Below are positions 10,003 through 19,852 of a stretch of 64,000 nt of DNA, one piece after another. The notes beneath the pieces were generated by a model, which did not search any database, had not been told where the DNA came from, and saw nothing but the letters and a program-made list of their open reading frames with translations. The position numbers were made by a program, and so were the translations under genes. The stretch comes from an uncultured Gammaproteobacteria bacterium (GTDB taxonomy: Bacteria; Patescibacteriota; Patescibacteriia; Buchananbacterales; UBA6539). Location: contig CAZCCC010000001.1 in NCBI GenBank assembly GCA_964497245.1, positions 10,297 to 74,296 on the forward strand. The letters run 5' to 3'. Every line of letters starts with the position of its first letter. Positions within the stretch are counted from its first letter, which is position 1.

Positions 10003-10629
10003 ATGAATAGTGATTCTAATATTCTAAAACCGGAAGAATACTTGGGGGAGTCATATCTTAATAAAGAAAGATGGGCAAGTTATTCAATACAGGCAGATTT
10101 AGTTCATAATTTTTTTCCCTTAGGGGAAATTTTAGAGATTGGTATTGGAAATGGAATAATAACCGAAATTTTGAGGAAAAAATATAATTTAACCACAGTT
10201 GATATTAATCCTTGTCTAAATCCGGATGTAGTCTCTTCAGTAGATGATTTAAGTGGTTTACCCGAATATAAGTTTGATGCTTCTTTATGTTTTGAAGTTT
10301 TAGAACATCTGTCTTTTAAGGATTTTAGTAAATGTCTTTCTGAACTTCACCGAGTGACTAGGCACTATATTTTTTTATCTTTGCCATATTGGGGTTATAC
10401 TTTTGGCCTTAAACTAAAATTACCATTCCTTAGTGTTAAACAATTAAAATTTAAAATTTCTGGTTTAAAAAAACATAAATTTAATGGCCAGCATTATTGG
10501 GAAATCGGCAAAAAGGGATATTCTTTAAAAATGATAAAAAAAGAAATAAATAATAGTAGTTTAAAAATAATTAAGTCTTTTTGGGATATTGATGATCCAT
10601 ATCATTATTATTTTGTTTTGAAAAAATAA
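10003..10629 (+). CDS. Class I SAM-dependent methyltransferase
   Basis: ILEIGIGNG motif I, EVLEH, QHYWEIG. Confidence 0.85.
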   Translation: MNSDSNILKPEEYLGESYLNKERWASYSIQADLVHNFFPLGEILEIGIGNGIITEILRKKYNLTTVDINPCLNPDVVSSVDDLSGLPEYKFDASLCFEVLEHLSFKDFSKCLSELHRVTRHYIFLSLPYWGYTFGLKLKLPFLSVKQLKFKISGLKKHKFNGQHYWEIGKKGYSLKMIKKEINNSSLKIIKSFWDIDDPYHYYFVLKK

Positions 10630-10636
10630 GTTTCGT

Positions 10637-11794
10637 ATGAAGATTTTATATATTGCCAATATAAGAATACCAACAGAAAAAGCCCATGGCTTGCAGATTA
10701 TGAAAATGTGTGAATCTTTTGTATTTGCCGGTGTGGAGGTTAAATTGATTTTGCCCACAAGAAAAAATTCAATTCAAACCGATCCGTTTGAGTATTATGG
10801 TATAAAAGATGATTTTGAATTAAAAAAATTAAAATCATTTGATCCTGATTTTTTGATTCCAATGCCGGCTGGTTATTATATTAAAGCGCAATTTTTGATA
10901 TTTATTAAAAGCCTATTTTTTTATCTTATTTTCAAGAAAAACAAAAAAAATTATATTTTTTATACCCGTGATGAAATGCTTTTGCCGGTTTTGCAGCTGT
11001 TTTCTAAAAAGGTTGTTTGGGAATCTCATGCTCTGCCTAATAATAAAAAAAGATATTTTAAATATTGGAAAAAATGCTATAAAATTTTTTGTTTGACTAA
11101 TCAAGTCAAAAATGACCTGATAAAATTAGGAATATGCGAAGATAAAATTGTAGTTTCGCCTGATGCGGTTGACTTGAAAATATTTGACATACCTGAAAGT
11201 AAAGAGGATGCCAGAAAAAAATTGAATTTGCCTCAAGATAAAATAATTTTAGGTTACACCGGCAGTTTTAAGACAAAGGGAATGGATAAGGGGATAGCTG
11301 ATATTATAAAAGCATTATCTATTATTGATAAAAAAAGGCAAGATGTAATTTTTTATTCAGTTGGGGGGAGCCAAGAAGATATTGAATTTTATAAAAAAAT
11401 TGCCAGAGATTATAATATTTTGGAAAAATTATTTTTTATTGAAAAGGTAAGTCAAAAAGAAGTGGCTTTGTATCAAAAAGCCTTTGATATTTTATTGATG
11501 CCCTTTCCTTTTAATCAGCATTATGCATATTATATGTCGCCTTTGAAAATGTTTGAGTATATGGCAGCCCATCGGCCGATCATTGCTTCAGATTTGCCCA
11601 GTATTCATGAAATTTTAAATGAAAAAAATTGTTTGTTTTGTCGGTCTGACGACCCAAAAGATTTAGCCGAAAAAATTGATTACGCGATAGTGGAAAAGGT
11701 AGAGTTAAACAAGCTAGCTTCAGTGGCATTTAACAGCGTTAAGGAATATACTTGGTTGAAACGAGCTTCTAATATTATAAGTTGGCTTAACTAG
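10637..11794 (+). CDS. Glycosyltransferase family 4
   Basis: RIPTEKAHGLQI N-terminus; SPLKMFEYMAA. Confidence 0.92.
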   Translation: MKILYIANIRIPTEKAHGLQIMKMCESFVFAGVEVKLILPTRKNSIQTDPFEYYGIKDDFELKKLKSFDPDFLIPMPAGYYIKAQFLIFIKSLFFYLIFKKNKKNYIFYTRDEMLLPVLQLFSKKVVWESHALPNNKKRYFKYWKKCYKIFCLTNQVKNDLIKLGICEDKIVVSPDAVDLKIFDIPESKEDARKKLNLPQDKIILGYTGSFKTKGMDKGIADIIKALSIIDKKRQDVIFYSVGGSQEDIEFYKKIARDYNILEKLFFIEKVSQKEVALYQKAFDILLMPFPFNQHYAYYMSPLKMFEYMAAHRPIIASDLPSIHEILNEKNCLFCRSDDPKDLAEKIDYAIVEKVELNKLASVAFNSVKEYTWLKRASNIISWLN

Positions 11795-11805
11795 CAATAA
11801 AAAAT

Positions 11806-12966
11806 ATGCTTTTATTTATTAAAAAAATTTTTGCAAGCAGCTTTTTGAAAACATTGATTTTAATTTTTTTACTTAAAGGCGTAGTGGTTTTTGCTGTATT
11901 TTTTGGGTTTCCCGATTTAGGCATTGATGGATTAAAAATTCCGCATGGCGGTGATAGCCGTGGTTATTATTCTTTCAGCCGTTATTTAATTAACGGAAAT
12001 TTAGGCGGTGGTTCTCTGCCAATTGGTTATCCTTTGGTTATTATCCCAGTTATAAAAATTTTTCCAAATGTCGATGCGGTGCAGCTTGATTTTTATTTTT
12101 CTTTATTTCATTCCTTGGTAGCCTTTACTATTGCTGCCGGCTTACTTTATAAATTCATCGAGATAATTTTTAAGAAAGAATTTTACGCAAAGACGGCCGC
12201 CTGGCTTTTTGTTTTTTTTCCTTATTTTTTTTATTTTTTGTCTGGGTTTTTTTTAAAGTCCATACCATATGCTATTGACTTTCAGCAATCGCGTACATTA
12301 CAGTTACTTTGGCTTCAGTCAGGCTCAGATTATCTTTCAACAGCTATTATCTTTGGTATTTTTTTGGCAATTTTATTTTGGAATAGATTTGGAAATAATC
12401 ATTTATTTTGGTTTGGGCTTGGTGTTGGTTTAATAGTAGTGATGCGACCGCAAAATTCGGTTTTACTAATATTAGGTTTAATTTTAATTTTATTAGCTAG
12501 AAAATGGCATTGGTTTTTTTGGTTTTTAATGGGAATTATTCCTTTTGTGGGCATACAATTGCTGATTAATTTTTTAACAGAGAGCCAGTTTTTTAGTTTT
12601 GGTTATGATGCATCAACTAATGATAATATAGCTAGTCTAGAAGAACATGGCGCTGTAATATTTTCGCCATGGAATACATTTAAAATAATTAGTTATTTGG
12701 ATCGATATGAGGTATTATGGCTTGGTGTTTTCATTTTATTATTTTTATCCCTATTATTTTTAATTGGTTTATATTGGATATATAATAAAAATAGGATTGT
12801 TTTTGTTTTATGTGGTTTAATTTTACCGGTTTATATTTACTCATTGACTTGGTTTGAGCCGGTTTACCGAAATCCGCGCTATTTTTTTCCGATAATTCCG
12901 TTGGTTTTCGTTATAATTTTTTCTTGCTATAATTATTTTTTAGAATTTTATGCTAAACAAAAATGA
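11806..12966 (+). CDS. Multi-pass membrane protein, probable GT-C glycosyltransferase
   Basis: Many hydrophobic segments; GGDSRGY loop after the first TM; PIGYP; RYFFPIIP near the C-terminus; next to GT2 and GtrA. Confidence 0.6.
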   Translation: MLLFIKKIFASSFLKTLILIFLLKGVVVFAVFFGFPDLGIDGLKIPHGGDSRGYYSFSRYLINGNLGGGSLPIGYPLVIIPVIKIFPNVDAVQLDFYFSLFHSLVAFTIAAGLLYKFIEIIFKKEFYAKTAAWLFVFFPYFFYFLSGFFLKSIPYAIDFQQSRTLQLLWLQSGSDYLSTAIIFGIFLAILFWNRFGNNHLFWFGLGVGLIVVMRPQNSVLLILGLILILLARKWHWFFWFLMGIIPFVGIQLLINFLTESQFFSFGYDASTNDNIASLEEHGAVIFSPWNTFKIISYLDRYEVLWLGVFILLFLSLLFLIGLYWIYNKNRIVFVLCGLILPVYIYSLTWFEPVYRNPRYFFPIIPLVFVIIFSCYNYFLEFYAKQK

Positions 12967-13813
12967 AAAATTAAGCGTCATTGTTCCTGTTTACAATGAA
13001 GCTGGTGGAGTTATTAATACAATTGATTCATTAAAAACGGTTCTTGATAAATTTGGTTGCAGCTACGAAATAATTGTTGTTAATGATGCTTCAACCGATA
13101 AAACTGTCGATTTACTAAAACAAATTGAACGTATTAAAACTCTTAATAACCCATATAATCTCGGCTATGGAGCTTCTTTAAAAAAGGGAATAAAAGAAAG
13201 TAATGCTGACTGGATTTTGATTATTGATGCTGACGGAACTTATCCAATTGATTATATTCCCAAGTTGCTTGAACCGGCAGGGGATTACGACATGGTTGTA
13301 GGCAACCGTCAGCATGAAAAAGATCATTTTGGCCGAAAACCTGCCAAGTGGATTTTAAAAAAACTGGCTAGTTTTTTGGCTGGCTATCACATACCAGATT
13401 TAAATTCAGGAATGAGGATTTTTCGCAGAAGTATTGCTTTGGAATTTTTTCATCTTTTTCCTTCCGGGTTTTCCTTTACCAGTACAATTACCATTGCCTG
13501 TTTTTCCAATGATTATACGGTTAAGTATATAGACATTCCTTATTATAAAAGGATTGGACAATCAAGTATCAGGCCATTTCACTTTTTTAAATTTGCTGCT
13601 TTAATATTGAAATTATTTTTTTATTTTAAGCCCCTTAAAATGATTACTCCGTTAGCTTTAGCATTTGTTTTTTTCGGACTTGCAAAAATGATTCGTGATA
13701 TTTTGGTAGTGCATTACATTGGAACACTGGCTTCACTATTAATTACCTTTGGTGTTTTATTATTTTTTATATCTCTGATTTCCGAAATAATCGTCAAGCG
13801 CATATCTCGTTAA
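12950..13813 (+). CDS. Glycosyltransferase family 2 (polyprenol-phosphate glycosyltransferase-like)
   Basis: VIVPVYNE, VNDASTD, IDADGTY, two C-terminal TM helices. Confidence 0.9.
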   Translation: MLNKNEKLSVIVPVYNEAGGVINTIDSLKTVLDKFGCSYEIIVVNDASTDKTVDLLKQIERIKTLNNPYNLGYGASLKKGIKESNADWILIIDADGTYPIDYIPKLLEPAGDYDMVVGNRQHEKDHFGRKPAKWILKKLASFLAGYHIPDLNSGMRIFRRSIALEFFHLFPSGFSFTSTITIACFSNDYTVKYIDIPYYKRIGQSSIRPFHFFKFAALILKLFFYFKPLKMITPLALAFVFFGLAKMIRDILVVHYIGTLASLLITFGVLLFFISLISEIIVKRISR

Positions 13814-13818
13814 ATAAT

Positions 13819-14187
13819 ATGAAAAAACAATTAATTCGTTACACTTTGGGCGGTTTTCTAAGTTATGGAATAAAAATAGTTTTGACTTATATTGCCGCCG
13901 AGTTTTTTAATGTTTGGTATTTTGCCGCCTATTTAACGTCTTTGGCAACGGTTATAATAGTTAATTTTATAATTAACGCCCGTTGGATTTTCCCTGGAGG
14001 AAAACCATCAGTTAACTGTTTTTTTAAATATCTTTTTAGTGTCTTAATAATTTCTTTAATAGATTCCATTTTTGTTAAAACAGCAACTGAATTTTTAGGA
14101 CTGCATTATATTTTGTCAATTATTGGGGTAACCACTACTTTATTTGTTTTGAAATTTTTTATTTATAAACGTTTTGTTTTTGTTTAA
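13819..14187 (+). CDS. GtrA family flippase
   Basis: 122 aa, four TM segments, NARWIF and terminal FVF pattern. Confidence 0.8.
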   Translation: MKKQLIRYTLGGFLSYGIKIVLTYIAAEFFNVWYFAAYLTSLATVIIVNFIINARWIFPGGKPSVNCFFKYLFSVLIISLIDSIFVKTATEFLGLHYILSIIGVTTTLFVLKFFIYKRFVFV

Positions 14188-14203
14188 TCATTATTTTATA
14201 ATT

Positions 14204-14227
14204 AAAAAGGTCTTATTTAAGCCTTTT
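14204..14227 (+). terminator. Probable intrinsic terminator of the first glycan operon
   Basis: Imperfect hairpin aaaagg-t-ctta/taag-cctttt just after the GtrA stop. Confidence 0.45.
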
Positions 14228-14239
14228 ATATTAAATTAA

Positions 14240-14279
14240 TTGATACCTATTGACATCTTTTGACACCTTTTGGTATAAT
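14240..14279 (+). promoter_or_regulatory. Sigma70 promoter overlapped by 10-bp tandem direct repeats (putative operator)
   Basis: TTGACA 14250-14255, 18-bp spacer, extended TGnTATAAT ending at 14279; repeats ttgataccta/ttgacatctt/ttgacacctt. Confidence 0.75.
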
Positions 14280-14315
14280 TGTTAATGTTTAATTCTCAAA
14301 ATATAAATTAACAAT

Positions 14316-14561
14316 ATGCCTGAAATAAATCCAAATGAAGTATATACTTCAAATGAAACCCAAGTGCTGCTAAAGGTTAGCTCAAGCACAATGAAGCGTC
14401 TTTTAAAAAAGGGATTAATTAGAGCCAATAAAGTTGGTGGGCAATATCGTATTTTAGGTAAAGAAATTTTACGTTTAATTTCGCCGGAATTGGAGCAAAA
14501 AGCAGTTGATGTTTATCAGGCAATAAAGAAAAACGCAGTTGATAAGATTAATAAGTGGTAA
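14316..14561 (+). CDS. Excisionase/MerR-like helix-turn-helix DNA-binding protein (HTH_17-like)
   Basis: YTSNE-LLKVSSSTMKRLLKKGLIRANKVGGQYRI pattern. Confidence 0.85.
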   Translation: MPEINPNEVYTSNETQVLLKVSSSTMKRLLKKGLIRANKVGGQYRILGKEILRLISPELEQKAVDVYQAIKKNAVDKINKW

Positions 14562-15331
14562 CTATGAAGGTAATATTTTATTGCCTTATTTTAATATTGG
14601 AGCGCCTTTTTCCAACAAGGGATATTGCGGTAATTTTATACCATCGGATTGACGACGACGGCAATTATTCAGTAAAACCCGAATTATTTGAAAAACAATT
14701 GAAACATCTTAAAAAACTTGACTATGTATCAATTTCTCCCGAAGATCTAAAAGGTTTTTTAGATGGCAAAATTAATTTGTCGAGAAGAAGCATTTTAATT
14801 ACTTTTGATGATGGTTTTAAGGATAATTACTCTATTGCTTACCCTTTGTTAAAAAAATATAATTTTACAGCAACCTTTTTTATTTCAGCCCGCCATATCG
14901 GAAAATTAAGCGATTATTCTGAAAAAATAAAAAATAAGGAAATGATGAGCTTCGCTGAATTGTCAGAATTAATTGAAAATGGTTTTACGGTTGCCAACCA
15001 TTTTTATTCCCACAGGAATTTAACCGAAATTTCTGATCAGGAAATTGAGTCTGAATTTAACCATGCATGTGAAATTTTAAGTAATATTGTAAATTCTGAA
15101 AATGATTTGAAATATGTAGCTTATCCGAGAAACCGAACCACGAGCAACGTTTTTGCCACTTTGAAAAAAGTTGGAGTAAAATTAGGTTTTGGTGGAAATC
15201 CTGCTTTAGTTAGTGGAATCGTCGATTATTTGAATATTCCGAGAATAGAAATATTCGGTAATAATTCAGTATTGAAATTCAGGGTTAAAATTTCTGGGCA
15301 TTATTACAGATTAATTAATTTATTTCGATAA
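14555..15331 (+). CDS. Polysaccharide deacetylase (NodB/CE4, IcaB-like)
   Basis: ILYH, ITFDDG, NHFYSH, AYP; the start may be ATG 14564. Confidence 0.88.
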   Translation: MVTMKVIFYCLILILERLFPTRDIAVILYHRIDDDGNYSVKPELFEKQLKHLKKLDYVSISPEDLKGFLDGKINLSRRSILITFDDGFKDNYSIAYPLLKKYNFTATFFISARHIGKLSDYSEKIKNKEMMSFAELSELIENGFTVANHFYSHRNLTEISDQEIESEFNHACEILSNIVNSENDLKYVAYPRNRTTSNVFATLKKVGVKLGFGGNPALVSGIVDYLNIPRIEIFGNNSVLKFRVKISGHYYRLINLFR

Positions 15332-15334
15332 GAT

Positions 15335-16099
15335 ATGGTGATTAAAAGGAATTTATTTCTTTTTAAAACTATCCGTTTTGTTTTGGAACCGTTGCCGGAA
15401 GAAATAGAAAAGCTTAAGAAAATATATTTAATGATAAACTGCTTATCCTATCAAGAATTATCTTTAGCCGGTTTTGAAAAAAGGCAAAAAAAAACCCCTT
15501 TGATTGATTTGACAAAAACACTACCTGAAATCTTTTTTGCCTTTCACGATACAACAAGAAATGAAATAAGAAGATCCGAAAAAAATTTTGATTTAAAGTT
15601 TGTTAATGATGATGGTAATTTTAAAGAAGCATATAAGCTTTATTGCCGGCATGAAACATCACAAAAGAGGATACCGGAAAGTAAAAACGAGTTTTCTGGT
15701 TGTAAGGTATTTTCGGCATATTTCAAGGATAAAATGATTTCCACCATTATATGTTTTACAGGTTCTAAATATTTGAGAGCAAAATCTATAAGTTCCTTGC
15801 GCATGGAGTCATTTGACAAAGAAATGCTGAGATTGATAAGTTTTTCCACCAGAAGATTGGTTTGGGAGATATGCAAATATGGTAAAGAAAATGATTATTT
15901 TGGTTTTGATTTGGGATCAATTAATTTAGTCGATTCAAATAAAGCAAGTATTGCTCAGTTTAAAAACTCTTTTGGTGGAAAAATTGTTGATGAATATTTA
16001 TACATTTATAAGTCAAAAATCTTTAAATTTTTTGAAAGAGTAGTTAAACTTAAAGTCTTAGCTTTAAAATTTTTATTAAAGAAAACTGATAATGAATAA
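15335..16099 (+). CDS. FemAB-like / GNAT family acyl- or aminoacyl-transferase
   Basis: T-LIDL...TTRNEIRR, FDLG, FK-SFGG motifs. Confidence 0.7.
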   Translation: MVIKRNLFLFKTIRFVLEPLPEEIEKLKKIYLMINCLSYQELSLAGFEKRQKKTPLIDLTKTLPEIFFAFHDTTRNEIRRSEKNFDLKFVNDDGNFKEAYKLYCRHETSQKRIPESKNEFSGCKVFSAYFKDKMISTIICFTGSKYLRAKSISSLRMESFDKEMLRLISFSTRRLVWEICKYGKENDYFGFDLGSINLVDSNKASIAQFKNSFGGKIVDEYLYIYKSKIFKFFERVVKLKVLALKFLLKKTDNE

Positions 16100-17492
16100 T
16101 AATCTTAGAACAATTATTATTGTAGTTGAAGAAGGTTTTACTGCTCGTAGTCTTTTACGTTCAAATTTTTTGACAAAGATAAAGGAAAATTTTGAAAGAA
16201 TTGTTATTGTTGCTCCAAAAGCGAAACTCGATTATTATAATGAAAAATATTGTGACGATAGGATAATATTTGAACCGATGGATGAGGATAAAAATTCATT
16301 ATTTCAAAGAGCAATATTCAAAATTATAAAATACAGTATTCATTCTAATATAAATAAAATAAAACTTTTACGAACTTTATATAATAAAGATGGTAAAGTT
16401 AAATTTAACAAGGATTTTTTCTTTTTCCCTATTTTATTTTTATGTTGGTTCATGGGTCAATACCGTTGGTGGCGATTTTTTTTACGAATGATTTATTCAA
16501 CTACCCGTCTTGATGGAAGGTGTATTAAATTAATTGATAGGTATAAGCCAATGGTCGTGTTTGCTAATTATAGTGATATTAGTGTTAATAATTTTAATTT
16601 AAAATTGATTAGAGCATCTAAAAAAAGAAAAATAAAAACAGTTGGTAATATTTTTAGCTGGGATAATCTATTTAGTAAAGTTTTCATAACAGATTTTTCT
16701 GATTGTATTACTGTGCCGAACGGAATAGTTCGAGATGTAGCAGTTTTAATGGACGATGTCGATGCTAAAAAGATAATGGTAGTTGGTTTACCTCATTTCG
16801 ATGTTTATTTTAATAAGAATATAATAAAATCAAAGGAATATTTTTTTAGGGAAATTAATGCTGATATTAATAAGAAGTTAATTGTTTTTGCTATTGGTAT
16901 TAAAGATGCAATTAACGAAAATCATTTCTTGGATTTATTTAATAATCTAGCGAAAAGTTCTTTTTCTAATATACAATTCTATATTAGGCCATATCCCAAG
17001 GTTGGGCTTAAACAGAATATAGTTGATAAATTTAAAGGTAATGTTAATATTCTAATTGAAAATAGGCCAGCTAAAAATTGTGGAGTTTATTTTGAATTTT
17101 TTGATAATGATCCAGAGTTTTTAGCTAACTTATTATTACATTCAGATGTTTTAATTACTTATTATTCTACTATTATTATTGAATCATGCATTACTGACAC
17201 TCCAATAATAAATCTTAATTACTCCGGAGGATTGTCAAATAGCTACTATCATCAGATACAAAGATATTATTATTATGATCATATTAAACAAATTTTAGAT
17301 ACTGGTTGTGCTAAGTGGGTAAATAATGATAAAGAATTAGTTAATGTCTTGAAACAATATTTAGATAATCCATTGACAGACCGCAATGCTAGGAAAAAGA
17401 CAGTGATAGAACAGTTATCATATATTGATGGAAAATCAGCAGAAAGGTTATTTTTAGCTATTAGAAATACCATTAATAGTAAAAATGATTAG
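16092..17492 (+). CDS. GT-B protein, TagF/CDP-glycerol-glycerophosphotransferase-like; candidate nonulosonate transferase (paralog 1)
   Basis: SWDN, VGLPHFD, RPYP, STIIIE, DGKSAER motifs; upstream of neuBCA. Confidence 0.6.
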   Translation: MNNNLRTIIIVVEEGFTARSLLRSNFLTKIKENFERIVIVAPKAKLDYYNEKYCDDRIIFEPMDEDKNSLFQRAIFKIIKYSIHSNINKIKLLRTLYNKDGKVKFNKDFFFFPILFLCWFMGQYRWWRFFLRMIYSTTRLDGRCIKLIDRYKPMVVFANYSDISVNNFNLKLIRASKKRKIKTVGNIFSWDNLFSKVFITDFSDCITVPNGIVRDVAVLMDDVDAKKIMVVGLPHFDVYFNKNIIKSKEYFFREINADINKKLIVFAIGIKDAINENHFLDLFNNLAKSSFSNIQFYIRPYPKVGLKQNIVDKFKGNVNILIENRPAKNCGVYFEFFDNDPEFLANLLLHSDVLITYYSTIIIESCITDTPIINLNYSGGLSNSYYHQIQRYYYYDHIKQILDTGCAKWVNNDKELVNVLKQYLDNPLTDRNARKKTVIEQLSYIDGKSAERLFLAIRNTINSKND

Positions 17493-17494
17493 CT

Positions 17495-18889
17495 ATGATT
17501 GACAAAAATATTTTAATTATTATTGAAACTGGCTATGTTGCCCGCAGTCTTCTGCGTTCAAATTTTTTATTTAATATAAAAAGTGATTTTTCAAAAGTAA
17601 TTTTGGTTGTTCCAAGAGAAAAGGTTAATAGTTATAAAAAATTATATGGTTTTAATAATGTCATAATAGAATCAATAATTGATAGTTATCCTAGTATTTT
17701 TCAAAAAAAATTTAATATAATTTTAAAATATAGCATTCATGCAAAAGTGGCAAAATTAAAAATAATGAGGAAAATTTTCAAAGAGAGCGGGTTCAGGTTC
17801 AATATATGGATTCTTTATTTTCCACTAATATTTTTTTCTTATTTTTTAAGTCGATTTAAGCTTTGGCGTAAAATTTTAAGATTTATATATTCATTTTTTC
17901 CTGTCAATATTGATTGTATTAATCTTCTGAAAAAATATAATATTGACATTATTTATGCTAACTATACTAGCATAGGGGTAAGGGATTTTAATTTGAATAT
18001 ATTAAAAGCTGCAAAAAGTTTGGGGATCAAAACCGTAGGAAATATATTTAGTTGGGATAATTTATTTAGTAAAGTCTTTATAACAACACATACTGATTTT
18101 ATTACTGTCCCAAATCAACAGGTAGCCGAGGACGCTGTTAATATTGGTGATTTCAAAAGAGATTCGGTAAAAATTGTTGGCTTGCCTCATTTTGATTTTT
18201 ATTTTAATCACAAATTAATTCTCCCAAAGGATGATTTTTTTGATAAAATTGGTGCAAATCCAAAAAAAGATTTTTTCATTTTTGCTTTTGGGGCCGGTAA
18301 CCAAAGAGTTGATTATGAATATTTTTTAGACCTGCTTAATAAAATTTCAGAAAAATGTGGAGGAATTCAGTTTTATCTAAGGCCTTATCCAAAAAATTAT
18401 TACAATAAGAGTATTTTAAATAAATATTTTGGTAACAAAAATTTAATTTTTGAAAAAAGACCATTAGATAATTTAGAAAACCTTGGTAATAATTTTGAAT
18501 TTCCAGAAGAAGATAATCAGCTTCTTTTTAATTTACTTTATCATTCAAGGGGACTTATTTGTTTGACTTCTACACTTATGATCGAGGCTTGTTTGATGAA
18601 TACGCCGATAATTAATCTGCTGTATCTCGGGGATAAAAAGATAAATTATTATTATCGGCCGGAGAGACATTATGAATTAGACCATATAGTCAGAATTTTT
18701 AAAAGAAATTTTTCCATTAAAGTTAGGAATGATAACGAGCTAGTAAATGCCATTAATTCTTACCTTATGAATAAAGAGCTGCACCAAAAGGAAAGGAAAG
18801 AAACTGCGCTAGAACAAATGCATATTGTTAATGGTACCTCGGCAAGAGAATTAGCTGCTGTTCTTTCTAGTGTCGGGAGGGAAATATAA
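17495..18889 (+). CDS. GT-B protein, TagF-like; candidate nonulosonate transferase (paralog 2)
   Basis: Shares ARSLLRSNFL, IKTVGNIFSWDNLFSKVFIT, VGLPHFD and RPYPK with paralog 1. Confidence 0.6.
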   Translation: MIDKNILIIIETGYVARSLLRSNFLFNIKSDFSKVILVVPREKVNSYKKLYGFNNVIIESIIDSYPSIFQKKFNIILKYSIHAKVAKLKIMRKIFKESGFRFNIWILYFPLIFFSYFLSRFKLWRKILRFIYSFFPVNIDCINLLKKYNIDIIYANYTSIGVRDFNLNILKAAKSLGIKTVGNIFSWDNLFSKVFITTHTDFITVPNQQVAEDAVNIGDFKRDSVKIVGLPHFDFYFNHKLILPKDDFFDKIGANPKKDFFIFAFGAGNQRVDYEYFLDLLNKISEKCGGIQFYLRPYPKNYYNKSILNKYFGNKNLIFEKRPLDNLENLGNNFEFPEEDNQLLFNLLYHSRGLICLTSTLMIEACLMNTPIINLLYLGDKKINYYYRPERHYELDHIVRIFKRNFSIKVRNDNELVNAINSYLMNKELHQKERKETALEQMHIVNGTSARELAAVLSSVGREI

Positions 18890-18890
18890 T

Positions 18891-19847
18891 ATGAGACTTT
18901 TAATTGTCATGTATCATCATATAGATTCAGAAAAAAAATATAAATCAGGGATTTATCCGATTTCGATAGAAAGATTTACCAAGCAGCTTGATATTATTAG
19001 GAAAAAATATACTTTTATAAATGAAGATAAATTGGTTAAAATAATAGGGGGATCAGACAAATTGCCAGATATAAATTTTTGTTTTTTAACTTTTGATGAC
19101 AGTCTCCGCTGTCAATATGATAATGCCATACCTGTGCTGAAAGAAAGAAGAATTCCCGCAACTTTTTATATAAATAGTAAACCTTATCTTGAGAATAGTG
19201 CTTGCAGTGTCCATTTGATACATTGGCTTTTGACATTTCTCGATCCAAAGAAATTTTTGGAAGAAATTTATACCAATTATAATAAAATAACTGGTAATAT
19301 ATTAATCTTATCTGAAGCGGAAGAGAAAGAAGCATCAAAATTTAAGAGGTATGATAATAAAGACATCTCAAAATTAAAGTTTATTTTGAATAACTATTTA
19401 GATGTAGGAATATCGGAAATAATTATTGGTGGTATTTTCAAGAAATATTCAAAGATTGGAATGCTAGATTTTTGTAAAAAATTATATATGTCGGTGGGCA
19501 ATTTAAAAAATTTATTATCTGATAGTTTATTTAGTCTTGGAATGCATACAAATAGCCACATAAATATCAGTAAATTAAGCCAAGAATCTTTGAATAATGA
19601 ATATCAATTGAATTACAATTTTTTATGTAAAATTGGAGCAAATGTTCAAGGGATAGCATATCCTTACGGAACCTTTGGAGATAAAAAAGATTTTGATTCT
19701 ATCTTATCGGTTAATAAAAATATTGGGATTTTGTATGGGTTAACGACACTACGAAATATTAACATAAATTTAGATAGTCCATTTTATTTAAGTAGGTGTG
19801 ATACTAATGACATTAAGGGAGGAAAAAACCCAATAATAAGCATTTAA
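18891..19847 (+). CDS. Polysaccharide deacetylase (CE4)
   Basis: VMYH, LTFDD, GMHTNSH, AYPYG; ATG 18891 preferred over GTG 18870. Confidence 0.85.
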   Translation: MRLLIVMYHHIDSEKKYKSGIYPISIERFTKQLDIIRKKYTFINEDKLVKIIGGSDKLPDINFCFLTFDDSLRCQYDNAIPVLKERRIPATFYINSKPYLENSACSVHLIHWLLTFLDPKKFLEEIYTNYNKITGNILILSEAEEKEASKFKRYDNKDISKLKFILNNYLDVGISEIIIGGIFKKYSKIGMLDFCKKLYMSVGNLKNLLSDSLFSLGMHTNSHINISKLSQESLNNEYQLNYNFLCKIGANVQGIAYPYGTFGDKKDFDSILSVNKNIGILYGLTTLRNININLDSPFYLSRCDTNDIKGGKNPIISI

Positions 19848-19852
19848 AGTAT

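Noticed and set aside
14316-14561. Prophage or ICE excisionase
   Set aside because: No integrase, att site or phage genes nearby; the gene overlaps a glycan operon.
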